Origin: Sphagnum compactum
Lineage: Eukaryota
DNA: 64,000 nucleotides
Direction: 5' to 3'
NCBI GenBank assembly: GCA_965153455.1
Contig: OZ234493.1
Span: forward strand, 4,774,001 to 4,838,000
Part shown: positions 14,291 to 26,000 of the stretch, piece after piece
How the letters are laid out: each line of letters begins with the position of its first letter
How positions within the stretch are numbered: position 1 is the first letter of the stretch
The notes under the pieces: model-generated
Told to the model about the DNA's origin: nothing
The model's input: the letters and a program-made list of their open reading frames with translations, nothing else
The model's database searches: none
Made by a program: the position numbers and the translations under genes

Positions 14291-17200
14291 CACATAATTT
14301 GGATGTAGTGTAATGCTTGAATGATTCAACATAAATTAAATTATTTTCATTTTACCAAATTTTGGAATTTTTTTTTGTAACAGTGCTGAAATTCATATCA
14401 AATTAAAAAAATTGCAAGATTCAATTGTCAAGTCTGCACCAGAGATCTTTATAGTTCAAGAACTTAAGATTGATACATATTAAACACAGCATACTATCTC
14501 ACAAAGTTTTTAAAAATGTGTTTATTATTGTTTATAACCATTACTTGTCGAAAATTTCAGAATTAAAAAACCAAGTGCTGAAGTTAATATTTAAAATTTA
14601 GTCAGCAATATGTTGCCGAATTTGATCAGAGAGTACAATAATTTCAATATTGACTCAAATTATTGAATGCAATTTTTTTGGTGGAATGATCTACAAATTT
14701 GGTGATTAATTGATGTTGCAACTTTCAAGAAGTCTGATTAATTATATTAGTTACATATGTCATGGACATCATATTTATGATGAGAATTACTAGTGCCATT
14801 TGGAATTGATTTTCAACAAAAACTAATTCAACACAATCATAGTGGTGTTCTTGTGGTGGTCAACCGATTTGAATTTAAGTATGCAGAAAAGGTTTTGGGT
14901 AGATGGTGCAAAGTGTAGGGATTAAGTTGAGAAACACAACACCTACCAAATGGTGGATTATGTAGAAAATGTCAAAAATACACGACCAAAATTACTTTCA
15001 ATAAGGTAGTCCTCATGGTGTGTGTATCCTTGAATACATTAGATTGGAATGTCTTTATTTATTATTTATAATGTCTTTACATACATTTGAATTTTGAACT
15101 TGGTGATGATAATGTGTCAGGTAAGAATCAAGAATGAGGTTGTTATGGGATGAAGGCTTGGTGCGAGGCTGGAATTGAGCGCACGAACCCAAATTTTCAG
15201 AATTGCCCCACTCAAAGTCTTTACCTAGTGTAAAGTTTTGGTAGAATTTTAAACATTAATGATTTTGTTTGAGAAGGAGAGGAGGCACAGGTTTTTCATT
15301 TTGAGGAACCTTACACAAAAGGAGATTTCTAATCTTGGGCAAGTAATCCATTACCTTAATATACCCATGAGATATAACAAAATAAATATATACCCTATCT
15401 GATTAGTAAATGTTTTTTAATTACCTTTTTAAAGTACCCTACTTGGCTAATAAGTATTTCAGATTTACCCTATCTTTATTTTTTCTCAAATGAGTATATA
15501 GTTGAAAATTACCTTTACTTGGGTTTTGGGGAAGGGAAATTATTTTGAAGAGCTTAAATATAAGGTATATATGAAAATCAATATATAACATACATCAATT
15601 TCCATATTTTGCATGTATGTCATGTAATTATGATGGATTTATTCAGATTATGGTGACTAACTATTGAATACGTTTCCTTTCTTGAGGTTTTTTTAATTCA
15701 TTACATTAATTACCATTGGGAAAAACTCTTACCATATGCTCAAGTTTGCACCCCCGTAGATTTTACTATCATTTTTCATTATAAAAATGCTTTGAATACA
15801 TTTTTAATGTGATTGATTTTTTAAATTATTTTTTCAACAACACTACAAAAATTTACTTTTTGCAATCAATCATTTTATACTTATATGCAACTTGTTAGTA
15901 ATGAGATTGGTCATGCTTGCAATTATAATATTAACACCATATATGTTTTGGACCATATGGTTTTGTGTGCAACTAAACATGCAACTAATCATATAGATGG
16001 GTTAGTACAAGGAATAAATTTAAGTGAACATTCTTAATATATTTGATGTTTGAAAATTTATGTGCTCATGTTTGTAATGCCAATTGGACAAGCAATTGTC
16101 TTTCTTCACCTTGAAAATGTGACATACTTGTGTAAATATTATTGTACTCTATGTTTACACACGTATATTCACATGGTATGTATAGGGTAATGATGAAATA
16201 TTTATCACTACCCTTACTTTGTGAACAAGGCAAATGTTCATCATCTACCTTTACCCCTACCTGGACTTATAATTTTGCAAACCCTTTATAGGTACCCTTT
16301 TCTAGTTTGGAATTCTTTTGAAGCCTGTTTACTTTGATCCGAGTGATATTTTTTTGAGTGTTTGTATTTACCCTTAATTGGCTGATATATTAAAATGGAT
16401 ATAACAACCCAACACTAGAGTCTTCCTTGCAGAAATTTTAATGAGGCTCAGTCGGCATTCCACATACACTAAAAACAACTATTCCAGTTCTTTTAAGGTT
16501 TGGGAGAACCCAATGTGTTGTCAAAGTATATAAAATGACTATATTGACAACATTTACAAGGGTTTCAAAACCACAAGAAAACTTCATACAAAATCAAAAT
16601 AATATTTCAGAAAGTGTTTGGTAAAAACCAGTTTACAATGTTTTCAGTTATTTTTGGAATAACTCTACAGAAATGGAGAATTTGTTTTCTGGATAATTAA
16701 TACTTCAGAGGCTCAGCATCCATTTCTCAATCTTGGAGTAGGTCCACCCACACCCCCTATTTGGGCCTCTACAGGGTGTTTATCACATCCAACATAGAGT
16801 GTTAATTGTTTCCATAGCCCACTCCCCCACCCCACCCCATAAACATTAAAAATTGGAGAATATAAGATTTGAGAGACTACAGATTTGAATGCCACTGCTG
16901 GGATAATCATTATGACTGGCCAATCAGAAGCAGTAATTTTATTTTACCAGGACTGAGCCTACTGTATGCTGAAAATTTACAGGTCCAAACTCATTTTCAC
17001 ACTATTTGAAAGCTATCCGGCATCGAAAGTACAGTGTACAGGCCATTATAGTGCAGTTGGTGGACCTGCTCTTACCCGACTGCCAAGAGAACTAGAAGGC
17101 AAACCAAATAACAAATACTTGTAGTAGAAGCCATACTTAGTTCATAGCTCTGAGGAGCAGTGCAAATCAATAGGAAAGAATGGAGTTACTGCGTAATGAA

Positions 17201-17566
17201 CCAAGGGCTTTTGTGCACGAACTCGAAGTATCATGGACTTGTTGAGAGAAAATAAATACATACATCATTCATCGCATTGGCAGGCAGGTGACTTGTATCA
17301 TACCTAGTTCATGATCTTTAATAGAAGGATGTTCAAGACCGAATTCTACTTCAACAAGTTTGATTTAACTGTTTCTGCCATCAACATAAAAATTGAGCTA
17401 CTTACTGCTGGAGGAAAAAATACCAAGACACTCAACGTTTTTAAGTTCTGTGAACAAAACATCTCATGTCTTGATAATATGTCTCTACAGAGCCTGATTG
17501 GGGGGCTAGTGCAAAAATTTCTCTCCATGACATAGAAAACCACTATAGAAATTTTTGCATAGTAGG

Positions 17567-20500
17567 CTATGTCAGAAAAGACCAATTCTTGAAGAGGAAT
17601 GCAATGCACCTAGAGGTCTCATCATCTGCAAAAACTTTCCAGGCAATTGCCCTTTCATATGTCACTGGCCGCCCCATACTTGATATCCGGACTCCAGCTG
17701 GAAGATATGCATATCCCTGCCACATCCACACAATATATGCCAGAAAACTTGATATCTGACATCTAGAATTTTGTGTGCCTAGATGGACCCAACAACTACT
17801 TGCAACCAAAAAAGTTTTCTTATTAGACAGTTGTGATTATGACCTTGCACCCAAGCTTTTTTATAACAGGCAAGAGGCGCTCATGTCATGACTTTCCAGC
17901 TCACCTGTTGTAAGACCTGAGTGAAGTCCGTGTAGGCAGTCTTGCGGCCATTTTCATCCAGAGTCTTCTCCCATGCTAAGTCCTGCAATGCCCCTGATGT
18001 TGTTTCCAGCATTTCCAAGCCTGCCCGGTTCCCGAAAGTGAATTCAGGTAACCCCTGCTGTAATAATACATTGTGTACAATTCGCAATGTTAGTGGTTGC
18101 TGTCTCCAGGACTCATCAAGTTCAGTCAACTTGTCTAAAACAAAGGATTAGTAGTGTAAACTGCAACTGGATCTCCACACAGCTGCATGGGTTTAGGATT
18201 TCTAAACCCGCAACAGTACTGGAAGTGAAGTAGTAGTATTATGTGACACCCACAATGTCTGGAAAAAGGTGAAGTTCTCTAGCGAATGAGCAAAGAAAAT
18301 ATATACCTTCCAAGCACAGCACAGTATGGCATCACTGTGATGCCAGAATGCCTTGAATAGCCCTTCATCATCCCCGGGTTCAGAACTAGTGAGCTCCATA
18401 CCCAAATGTAGTCTGCATGGGTCTCAATTCATTGGATAAACACACAATTGACAAATCATCATCCACTGCAGTTTCTAACAACAATTGATTTTTCTTTCTG
18501 TATGTGAACAAAAAGTAGTGGGTGAGCATGGGATAAAAGGACGTGAATGAAACCACATAATCACCATCAGATGCCTGAACCTCTTGAATCATTCTGGCTG
18601 AGAACCTGCAAATCCCTCCTGTTGCAAGTTTGAAATACAAACTGAAATCAAGAGCAACAAAGGAAACGGCAGGATCTGATACCTATAACTCTGCAGAATA
18701 CGATGTGCCAATATGACTGTATCTGGAGAGCCAGGAGGGAGTTGCGTGCCTCCTAGGTTTGCTGGTAGGTGTGAAGGAGCAAGTGCCATTGCAACCCTCT
18801 GCACTGAGGCCACTACTGTGCGCACATACCGCCGTGCCATACTTGCACATGCTTCACGTGTATGTGCCTCATATGCAAACTGGAATGCAATGGTGAGCAC
18901 CGATCGCAAGTTGCTGTTCATCATGACTGCACCAGTTTCACGACTTGCATCCGTGCCCACTTCTAATGTTGATGCTAAATCGAGAGTCCGTGATAACCCC
19001 AAACCATCCTGAAATATGATGAATATCACCTTTTCATGAGCACCGCGCGTGCCAATTACTTTGCATGGGAAGAAGTTTAGACACAATCACAAATACAGTC
19101 CCAATTGCATTAGCAAAAGCTGAGAACACACGAATACTAAAAAGGCACTACTTACAACAAGGCTGCAATCGAGAGGGATGACTCGGAATCCTGATGGTAA
19201 GAGAGGAACATCATCTGAAACTGCCACATCCACAGGTGCAAAAACAAGCTGGGCACATGCCCCCACTGCATTCTCATCAACTCCACTACATAACTGCATT
19301 CCCCATCCCCACATGTGGCCACACATAGTTTGTCAGTTAAGATCCCTTTGGTCAAACCTTGGATACAAGGAAGAGGAAGATGATGTATTAGCCTTGTGCT
19401 TTCCACAAATGGAGACTTCACAATGGCACACACAGGCTAGTTTACATTTCCACTTTCTGAAGAAACTTGGTCAAATAATCCCATAGTAATGAGAGCTATA
19501 GATGCGTTTCACGATTCACAAATTTGCAAAAAACAGGGAGTGACCTGCAGTAAGAAATTGTCACGAGTATGAATGTTGTCAGATAGTCCTCCTTGCCTTG
19601 CCAGTTTCACGACCTCCAGAAACTACACATCCAGAACCATTGGCTGAAAAAGGTCAGCACCTGGGTTTACAAATTCATACTAATGATGCATTCACTCACA
19701 AGCTCTCACTTCCTGAGGCATCAATTTTGGCAAACTAAAATATTTGCCTTCAAGGGCGAGAATGAACAGTTTCAAGAATTTCACCTCTTCTTGCTCAACT
19801 GAGTGAGCCAAAGGAAGGGGCAGCTGTCGATGACCAGCACTTCTGTTGCGAGTGCTAGAGTGGAAGGCAGCGGCAGCATCAGCATCAATATCAAAGTCAG
19901 CCCACTCTGACCGATGCTCCCGTAGAAACCGTATGAGCAGTGCTGGAGGTACATTCTGCATATAGAATCAAAGTCCCAGGTTTTGGAATCAACCCTAAAC
20001 CCTAAACCCTACTGAGAATAGGTGCTGCCGACTAGCTGAAAACTCAATGTGTCCAATACCCCTCTCCTGAATGTGTGGATCCGTGAAAAACAAATTCCTA
20101 GAAACAGAAATCATTGTGCACCAAACCCTGGAACACTGAACTTGTTGGAATTGTGGAGGCTGATACTATCTTGCATGCTACAAGCAAAGGCCTGATTATG
20201 AGCATGCACCAATCAATGCCCAGATCTTATCAGCACAGATGGGCATGACACATCACACAAAGAAGCTATCAACCTCCAGTATCCATGGACCTATAGGGAT
20301 GGGCCTTACAAGTTGGACAAGATCCATATAATGTGGAACAGAGAGAATATGTGAAGGGTTTATCAGGGAAGCATGATAGCAACCTGTAAGAGCATGGATG
20401 CCTTTGCACACAAGATACCCCCACCAAGAGAGCAGAGAAGCTTGTCAGTGGCCACCTGCCCCAGCATACCTTTGGTGGTGGGTGGTGACTCATTGAGTAA

Positions 20501-23500
20501 CACACTTACATCATCCATGCCATCACTGACAATTGCTGCCCAGCCATCATCTGGAAATCCATTCACTGCCTGGTTGAACCCTCTGCAGCAGACCCACCAC
20601 CCATGGCAACAATGGGCAACAGCAAATGGCATTCATCTTCCAATTTGGTTGGGGGGAATGCTGGAGGTAAATGCTTTCCTGCTGGGCCTTTGTTTTCCAA
20701 ATCCTGTGAACTGTCTCATTGTGCTGCAGTGAAGATGATGTAGAGACTATATATAGCATGCTCAAGTTGTTCTCAAATAGGGACTTACCTTGCAAGGCGC
20801 TGACTGAGACCCCGCAGCACAGCAGGTTGTTGTCCACTGCGCAGTCCCACAGTATCACTTGCCTCTTGTGCAAGCCGCCGCAAATGCCTCAAAGCCTGCA
20901 CAAGCCCAACAAACTGTGAGCTTGAAGTGTACAAAACATTCTCTCTGTTGCAGATACCATGTATTTTGATTCTCCAGATAGCAATAATGTACATGAAAAT
21001 CAAGGAAGGGTGATTTTCACATTGTCAAAATCTTACCCCTATTGTTGTCTTTTGTGCAAGGACAGCTGAAGACTCGTAGAGGGGTCGCAGCACCTCTGGG
21101 ACACTCCATGGCTGCAAGTTATCACAAGAGAAGCATTTCTGTTAGCAGCACATGACAGATGCATGCTTTACTTTCTCTCTCATGCCAATCTCCTGGCTAA
21201 ATAAATCTCAGTAGCCATTTTCAAATGTCTGCATCAATCAGAAGAGTGATTTCCAGTTAGTTCATACTACAAAGCAAAGCAATAGCCAGTCTAGTCTAGA
21301 AGGCAGGCATAAGAGGATCCTTTTACAGGCCCGAAACCCTAAAACCCTACCTCCAAGTCTAGATGATCAACAATGTGAATAATGCAACCCCCTCCATCGC
21401 ACTGCCGGATCAAGTAACCACTGGGAAACATCTCTGCCCTCACAAAAGACTGGACAGGAGGCATTGTAGGCCCTCCCTGTGCCCCAGTCAATGAACGTTC
21501 ACAAATCTGCACAAATGCCATGACTCCATTTAGACACTCGCCAAAGACTGTCAAGTGGACCTCACATCTAGGCTCAATTATGAGTGGTAGTGGCGGTCCA
21601 GCAATTGTTGAATTCTCTTTTAGGGACAGTGATCCGGGTGACATTCATCAGACTTTCCTCCTTCCAACTATGTTACACCCAGCACCAGCAAGCCCTGGTG
21701 TGGACATCTAGTCTGAATTGAGAATGATTTTTCATCAACATACCACCAAGTTTCCATCTTCTAGAAGAGTGGTATATCTTAGAGTGCAGAAGTCTCGAGG
21801 AGGAGCCAATGTTGTTGGTGCATACATCTGCCATAAAAATATCCAAATTTCAGTTTGCGTATGGTGCTCTGGCAATTTACCATTCTAGAACATGAAAGTT
21901 TCGCAAGAATGTATGTCTTTTCCAGTTGCTGTGGACAGCTTTTTTTAACAGACAGCGCCATGTTGCTGCTTGCTAGAGGAAAAGAAAAGTATTATGATGA
22001 AAGTGGGAGGTGACTGTGGTCATAGGTGTGCACATAGTCTTGAACTGACCTGTGTGTAAATAAGCTCTACAGTTCCACCATTTCCTGTTGGAAATGAACC
22101 CAATATATCTAGATGACGGCAGTCTGGGAGCCATGACTGCCGGTCTTTCAAAATCTCTGCAACCTAGTTGATTAGCACAGTAACGCAACCACGGCTGGTC
22201 AGCTCAAAAGAACAGAGCTCTGGAGTGAAAGTCATCTATGAAATTTGGATGAGTATCAATGCATGCATATAAAGGAGTTGAAAAGAACACTTGCACTTCT
22301 GCTAGGCAAAATTCTGCAATAGCCCCAGTACTTGATTCAGAAATTGACAATCTGAGTGAGACATTTCATTACCTTGCTGGGCTCTAGCCCCACCAAGCCA
22401 CAAGCTCTTGCCGCTACTCCCGGACAACCATGAGATATGGAGACAATGCCAATGGCATCCGGACCAGGCTACACCCAAAGAATCCCACTCGCATCTCCGG
22501 TTTGAGTTACTAGATGATTTTCAAGTTACAAATTTGACCAGACAGTCAGATAACCCACCATAACGTCTGTACACACAAATATCAACAAACATCAAGATCT
22601 TCCATCAAAGAGGATCTGCAAGAACACACCTTCATACCCGGTAACTGAATCCAGTCAATTGCAGTTCCCGTGGCCTTAGCAACAAACTCTGTTACAGTCT
22701 CCTCTGCTATTGACAACAGTCTGCCAATCCCAACAGATGCATATTGGAAGATCACATGGTTTAATAATACTCCTCATCATCTGATGTGCCAGTTGTGGGA
22801 AATAACTTTGGAATGACCCTCTTGCCAGCAAGAACTACTCCTAGGTTATCCCAGAAACATCAAGTTCTGACAAACCCAAGGAAGAATTCAATCTTTCAAG
22901 TGAAAATCTAAGAGCTCACAAGGCCACAAAAATGAAGCAGACAATATTGTGCAAGCTACTGAACAAACCAGGAGTGCAACATTCTAGAGGTGGCTGAAAT
23001 CCCAATTGGAGAGAAGATTGAGTCACACAGCTCGGGGTTTGACAACTGACCCAGCAGGGCCTGTAGCACGAGGTGAATGTTGAGGAGTGGGCTGTGGTGG
23101 CAGACCGACAGTAACCACTGAATCTGAGCTAGTGTCGGTGGAGGCCATAGCAGCCTGCACATGCACCCGCACATTCATGATGATTTACCCTGCCACTGGT
23201 GTTGAGCTTTCATTCCCTCCAATTTGCCCACCCCCTATTACCATTAGCCCCCCTTCTTCCTTCATAGGATGCTGCTGCAGCAGCACCTACCGCATGTCAC
23301 AAATTGCAGATTTCGTAATGGTATTGGGATACTGAATTGAGCCTCAAGATTGTGGTCCTACCCTATAACTCAAGGGTTGGTTACCCTCATGATCAACAGA
23401 ATTTAATTTTGTCCTCCAGGGAGTTAGTTGTATTGAGTTGCAATACCTGATCTGCTGGGAGTTGATGCTTATTGCTACTAGGTATGGGAGCCACCTGATG

Positions 23501-24350
23501 CTGCTGCTGCTGCAGTTGCCGCCGCAGGAAGTGATTGTCAAGGGTGAGTTGTGAGGTGTGTTTCGCAAGCCGCTCATTCTCCCCCATCAGAAGTTTGTTC
23601 AGTGCTGTCAGCTTTGCGTTCACACTCACCAGCCGAGTTGCTTCTTTTCGCTGCTTCTCCCGACACCTGCAAAAAGTTTGCCATACTTTTTTTTTTTTGG
23701 GAGTCAGTCAGGAAACCCTCCTCCCTCCTCTTCCTTCTCCTCTCCCCCCTCTCTCTCTCTCCAAGTTCCACTGCAATAATAAGAGGAGGGTTCCTCCAAA
23801 CAGGACTCCCATCCAATGATCGTCATGACCCAAGTTCAAGTCTTGTGAATTGTTCTCTCATTAGGAGAAGATCTCTCACATGATACTCTGACACATTCAT
23901 AAGCTGCAGCTGCATTAAGAAGAATTGTTCACATCCTGATGACTATAAAAGCTGTGAATGGGAGTGTCTTCTTGTAATACAATTGCCATGCTGATTCATC
24001 AGTACTGGGGATCATTCTGAACAGTTGCAAGGAAAGCAAGAAGTTCTACAAAATGCTAGTGTGGAGATGAAGGGAGAAGGAAGCAAAGGAAGATGTGAAA
24101 GCAGTTGCGACATTGGAGGAGGGCAATGAAAGGCGGAAGGAAGGAAGGAAGGCTTTGTGCAGCAAGCATCACACCGTCTGTTCTGGAACCAGACTTTGAT
24201 CTGCTTGGGTTCAATGTTGGCAAGGATAGGGCAGTCCTTGATGAGCTGCTGGCGTCTGATAGAGCTGGGCTTGGGGCACTCATGGTACACACGCTCCAAA
24301 GCCTCCACTTGCTCATTTGTGTAGCGAACATATTTTCCAGATGCATCCAT
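17567..24350 (-). CDS. C3HDZ: Class III homeodomain-leucine zipper transcription factor (REV/PHB/PHV family), 18 coding exons, 846 aa using exon 3b
   Basis: Exons (minus strand): 24350-24175, 23666-23447, 23154-23051, 22720-22630, 22468-22373, 22163-22050, 21827-21744, 21506-21351, 21111-21037, 20895-20789, 20582-20384, 19955-19785, 19622-19545, 19293-19156, 19008-18683, 18412-18307, 18054-17905, 17716-17567. All introns are GT..AG with matching phases; total 2541 nt. Family motifs: GKYVRYTNEQVEALERVYHECPKPS..IKVWFQNRRCREKQRKE (HD), zipper VNAKLTALNKLLM, START WIQLPGMKPGPDAIG and MYAPTTLAPPRDFCTLRYT, NVPPALLIRFLREHRSEWAD, LLPSGFRVIPL, RSVLTIAFQF, MEKHLA WHHSDAILCC..AGLEMLETT..SSMGRPVTYERAIAWKV..FKNWSF. 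The exon 2 end and exon 3 choice are the least certain parts. Confidence 0.95.
22459..22640 (-). promoter_or_regulatory. miR165/166 complementary site split by intron 4 (exon 4/5 junction)
   Basis: The spliced sequence CGGGTATGAAG|CCTGGTCCGG matches the complement of miR166 (GGGGAATGAAGCCTGGTCCGA) with two mismatches at the miRNA 3' end and one terminal G:U. This is the standard position in land-plant C3HDZ genes. Confidence 0.9.
23189..23286 (-). other. Candidate alternative coding exon 3a of C3HDZ (VLLQQHPMKEEGGLMVIGGGQIGGNESSTPVAG)
   Basis: Acceptor tag|GTG at 23289-23287 and donor GG|GTAAAT at 23188. It is 98 nt, phase 0 in and phase 2 out, the same as exon 3b, and open in the C3HDZ frame. 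Confidence 0.45.
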
Positions 24351-26000
24351 TCTGAGGAGTCCCTCCACACTCACTCTTCTCACTGACTTGCTTGAAAAAT
24401 CTGTAACACCCAAAGCAAAGCAACAGATTGAGGGTGATCGATCCACAGTGCATCATGGGTACTTCCTGTTCTTCATGGGTATTATGCTCTCTTTGTTCCT
24501 GTTGAAAATTAATGAATTATGGATAACTAAAAAATTGACCATGTTCATGTAGAATATGACTCTATATTTTAAGTTCATCTACAATTCAGAAAAACTATAA
24601 GTATGACAATCTCATTGCCTTTTAATTTTGCTTTCATCTATAATCTTAAAAGTTATAAGTATGACAGTTCAAATTGTCTTTCTACATGTGTTTTCATCTA
24701 CAATCCAGAAAAGAAACATAACTATGATAAAAATTATCCTCCTAGCAGTACTCCTACAGTAGTTTGAGAAAACACCCATGTTTTTGTTTGCCTGGGAGCT
24801 TTCTTTCTTTAGAGAGTCTGATAACTTAGAGGAAGACTTCCAGGCAACATATGATTGCTTTCTTTCTTTCTTTCCCAGCTGCAACAAGACACACAATGCT
24901 GCAGCCGTCTAGAAGCAGCATAGCATTCCTCCTGCTTCTTCTGAACAGGAATTTATTTTCCTCAAGTTTCTGTAAGTTGGGAAAATTTGTGCGATCTCTC
25001 TCTGGGGGAGGGGTGGGAGTGGACATGATCACGTCTTTTTGTGAATTACTGACTGAGACACAAACGTATGAATTCTCTTCGTCGTCTTTAGAGAGCCGAT
25101 GATGAGAGATATGGACTAGATCATGTGAAGAAGTACTGCATACACTCTCAAAGGCCAGCAGCAGCAGCAGCCGCCTTCTGCTCAGGACTTTAGCAGCAGA
25201 CGTATCCTTGATCGAGCCGATACTGTGAGACACAGACCCAAAAAGTGTATGGAAGATTACACAGAAGAAGAAGAAAAAGCCAATCCGAGAGAGACCCCGA
25301 CAGAGAAAGAGAGGTATCACATCACACCTTTTTGTCTTGTCAACAACACACTGATAATACAACAACAGTAGTAGTAGTGCTGTACAAGAAGCTCGAGGAA
25401 CAACGAACAACACCTTGCAGGAGCTCCCTGATCATTTTCTTCTTCCGCATGTATGTATTAAGTAAGCAAGCGACCAAAATCAGCAAGAAGAGCAGCAGCA
25501 GCAGCAGCGGCGGCTACAATAATAATATAGGAGAAAACCCAAAAACATAGCGCATTTGGTTTTTGAAAAAAAAACACACGCGCGCGCGAGCGCCCACACA
25601 CATACACACCCAACACCCACACAAAAACATACGCAAATGGCAACACAAAAGGAGGACACCACCGCCGCTTCTCAACGCCTAACTCAGGACTTCCTTCTCA
25701 ACAACAAACAAACAAAATCTCTCTTTGGGTAATCAGCGCATCAGCCGCTCATGCTTTTCCACAACTCCCGCAAATCACTCGCTTCCTCCTCGTCTCTTGT
25801 CTCTCGGTCTCTCCGTTTTGTCTCCCCTGCTTCCCCGCCCTTCTCTTCTGCCTCCCCTCAAGAGAGAGAGAGAGAAGAGAGAGACGGGCAAATCTGCCCG
25901 CTGCTGATCTCTCACACCGGGGGTAGACTGACTCACTCACTGCCCGACTCCAAAACGCCAAACCTCTTGGACCTTTACTTACTTTTTTTACTTTTACTTT
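24351..26000 (-). promoter_or_regulatory. Probable 5' UTR, 5'-UTR intron(s) and proximal promoter of C3HDZ
   Basis: Acceptor-like ttacag| 50 nt upstream of the ATG (exon from 24400). The segment 25550-25960 is CpG-rich and relatively GC-rich, with a GA/CT tract at 25860-25883 and (CAG)n runs. The TSS cannot be determined from sequence. Confidence 0.5.
24570..24730. repeat. Three degenerate tandem copies of about 59 bp upstream of the C3HDZ start codon
   Basis: ttcatcta(c/t)aat..aaaa..ataa(g/c)tatga(c/t)a at about 24574, 24633 and 24693. Confidence 0.7.

Noticed and set aside
23155-23188. A 34-nt GT..AG micro-intron that would remove the in-frame stop
   Set aside because: Removing it shifts the frame (phase 2 donor, phase 0 acceptor), and it is shorter than normal plant introns.
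18713-23883. Plus-strand ORFs overlapping C3HDZ exons
   Set aside because: Antisense shadows of the real coding exons.
24351-24446. N-terminal extension MDRSPSICC.. in the ORF track
   Set aside because: It starts at GTG and crosses a likely acceptor at 24401; the family-like start is MDASGKYVRY at 24350.
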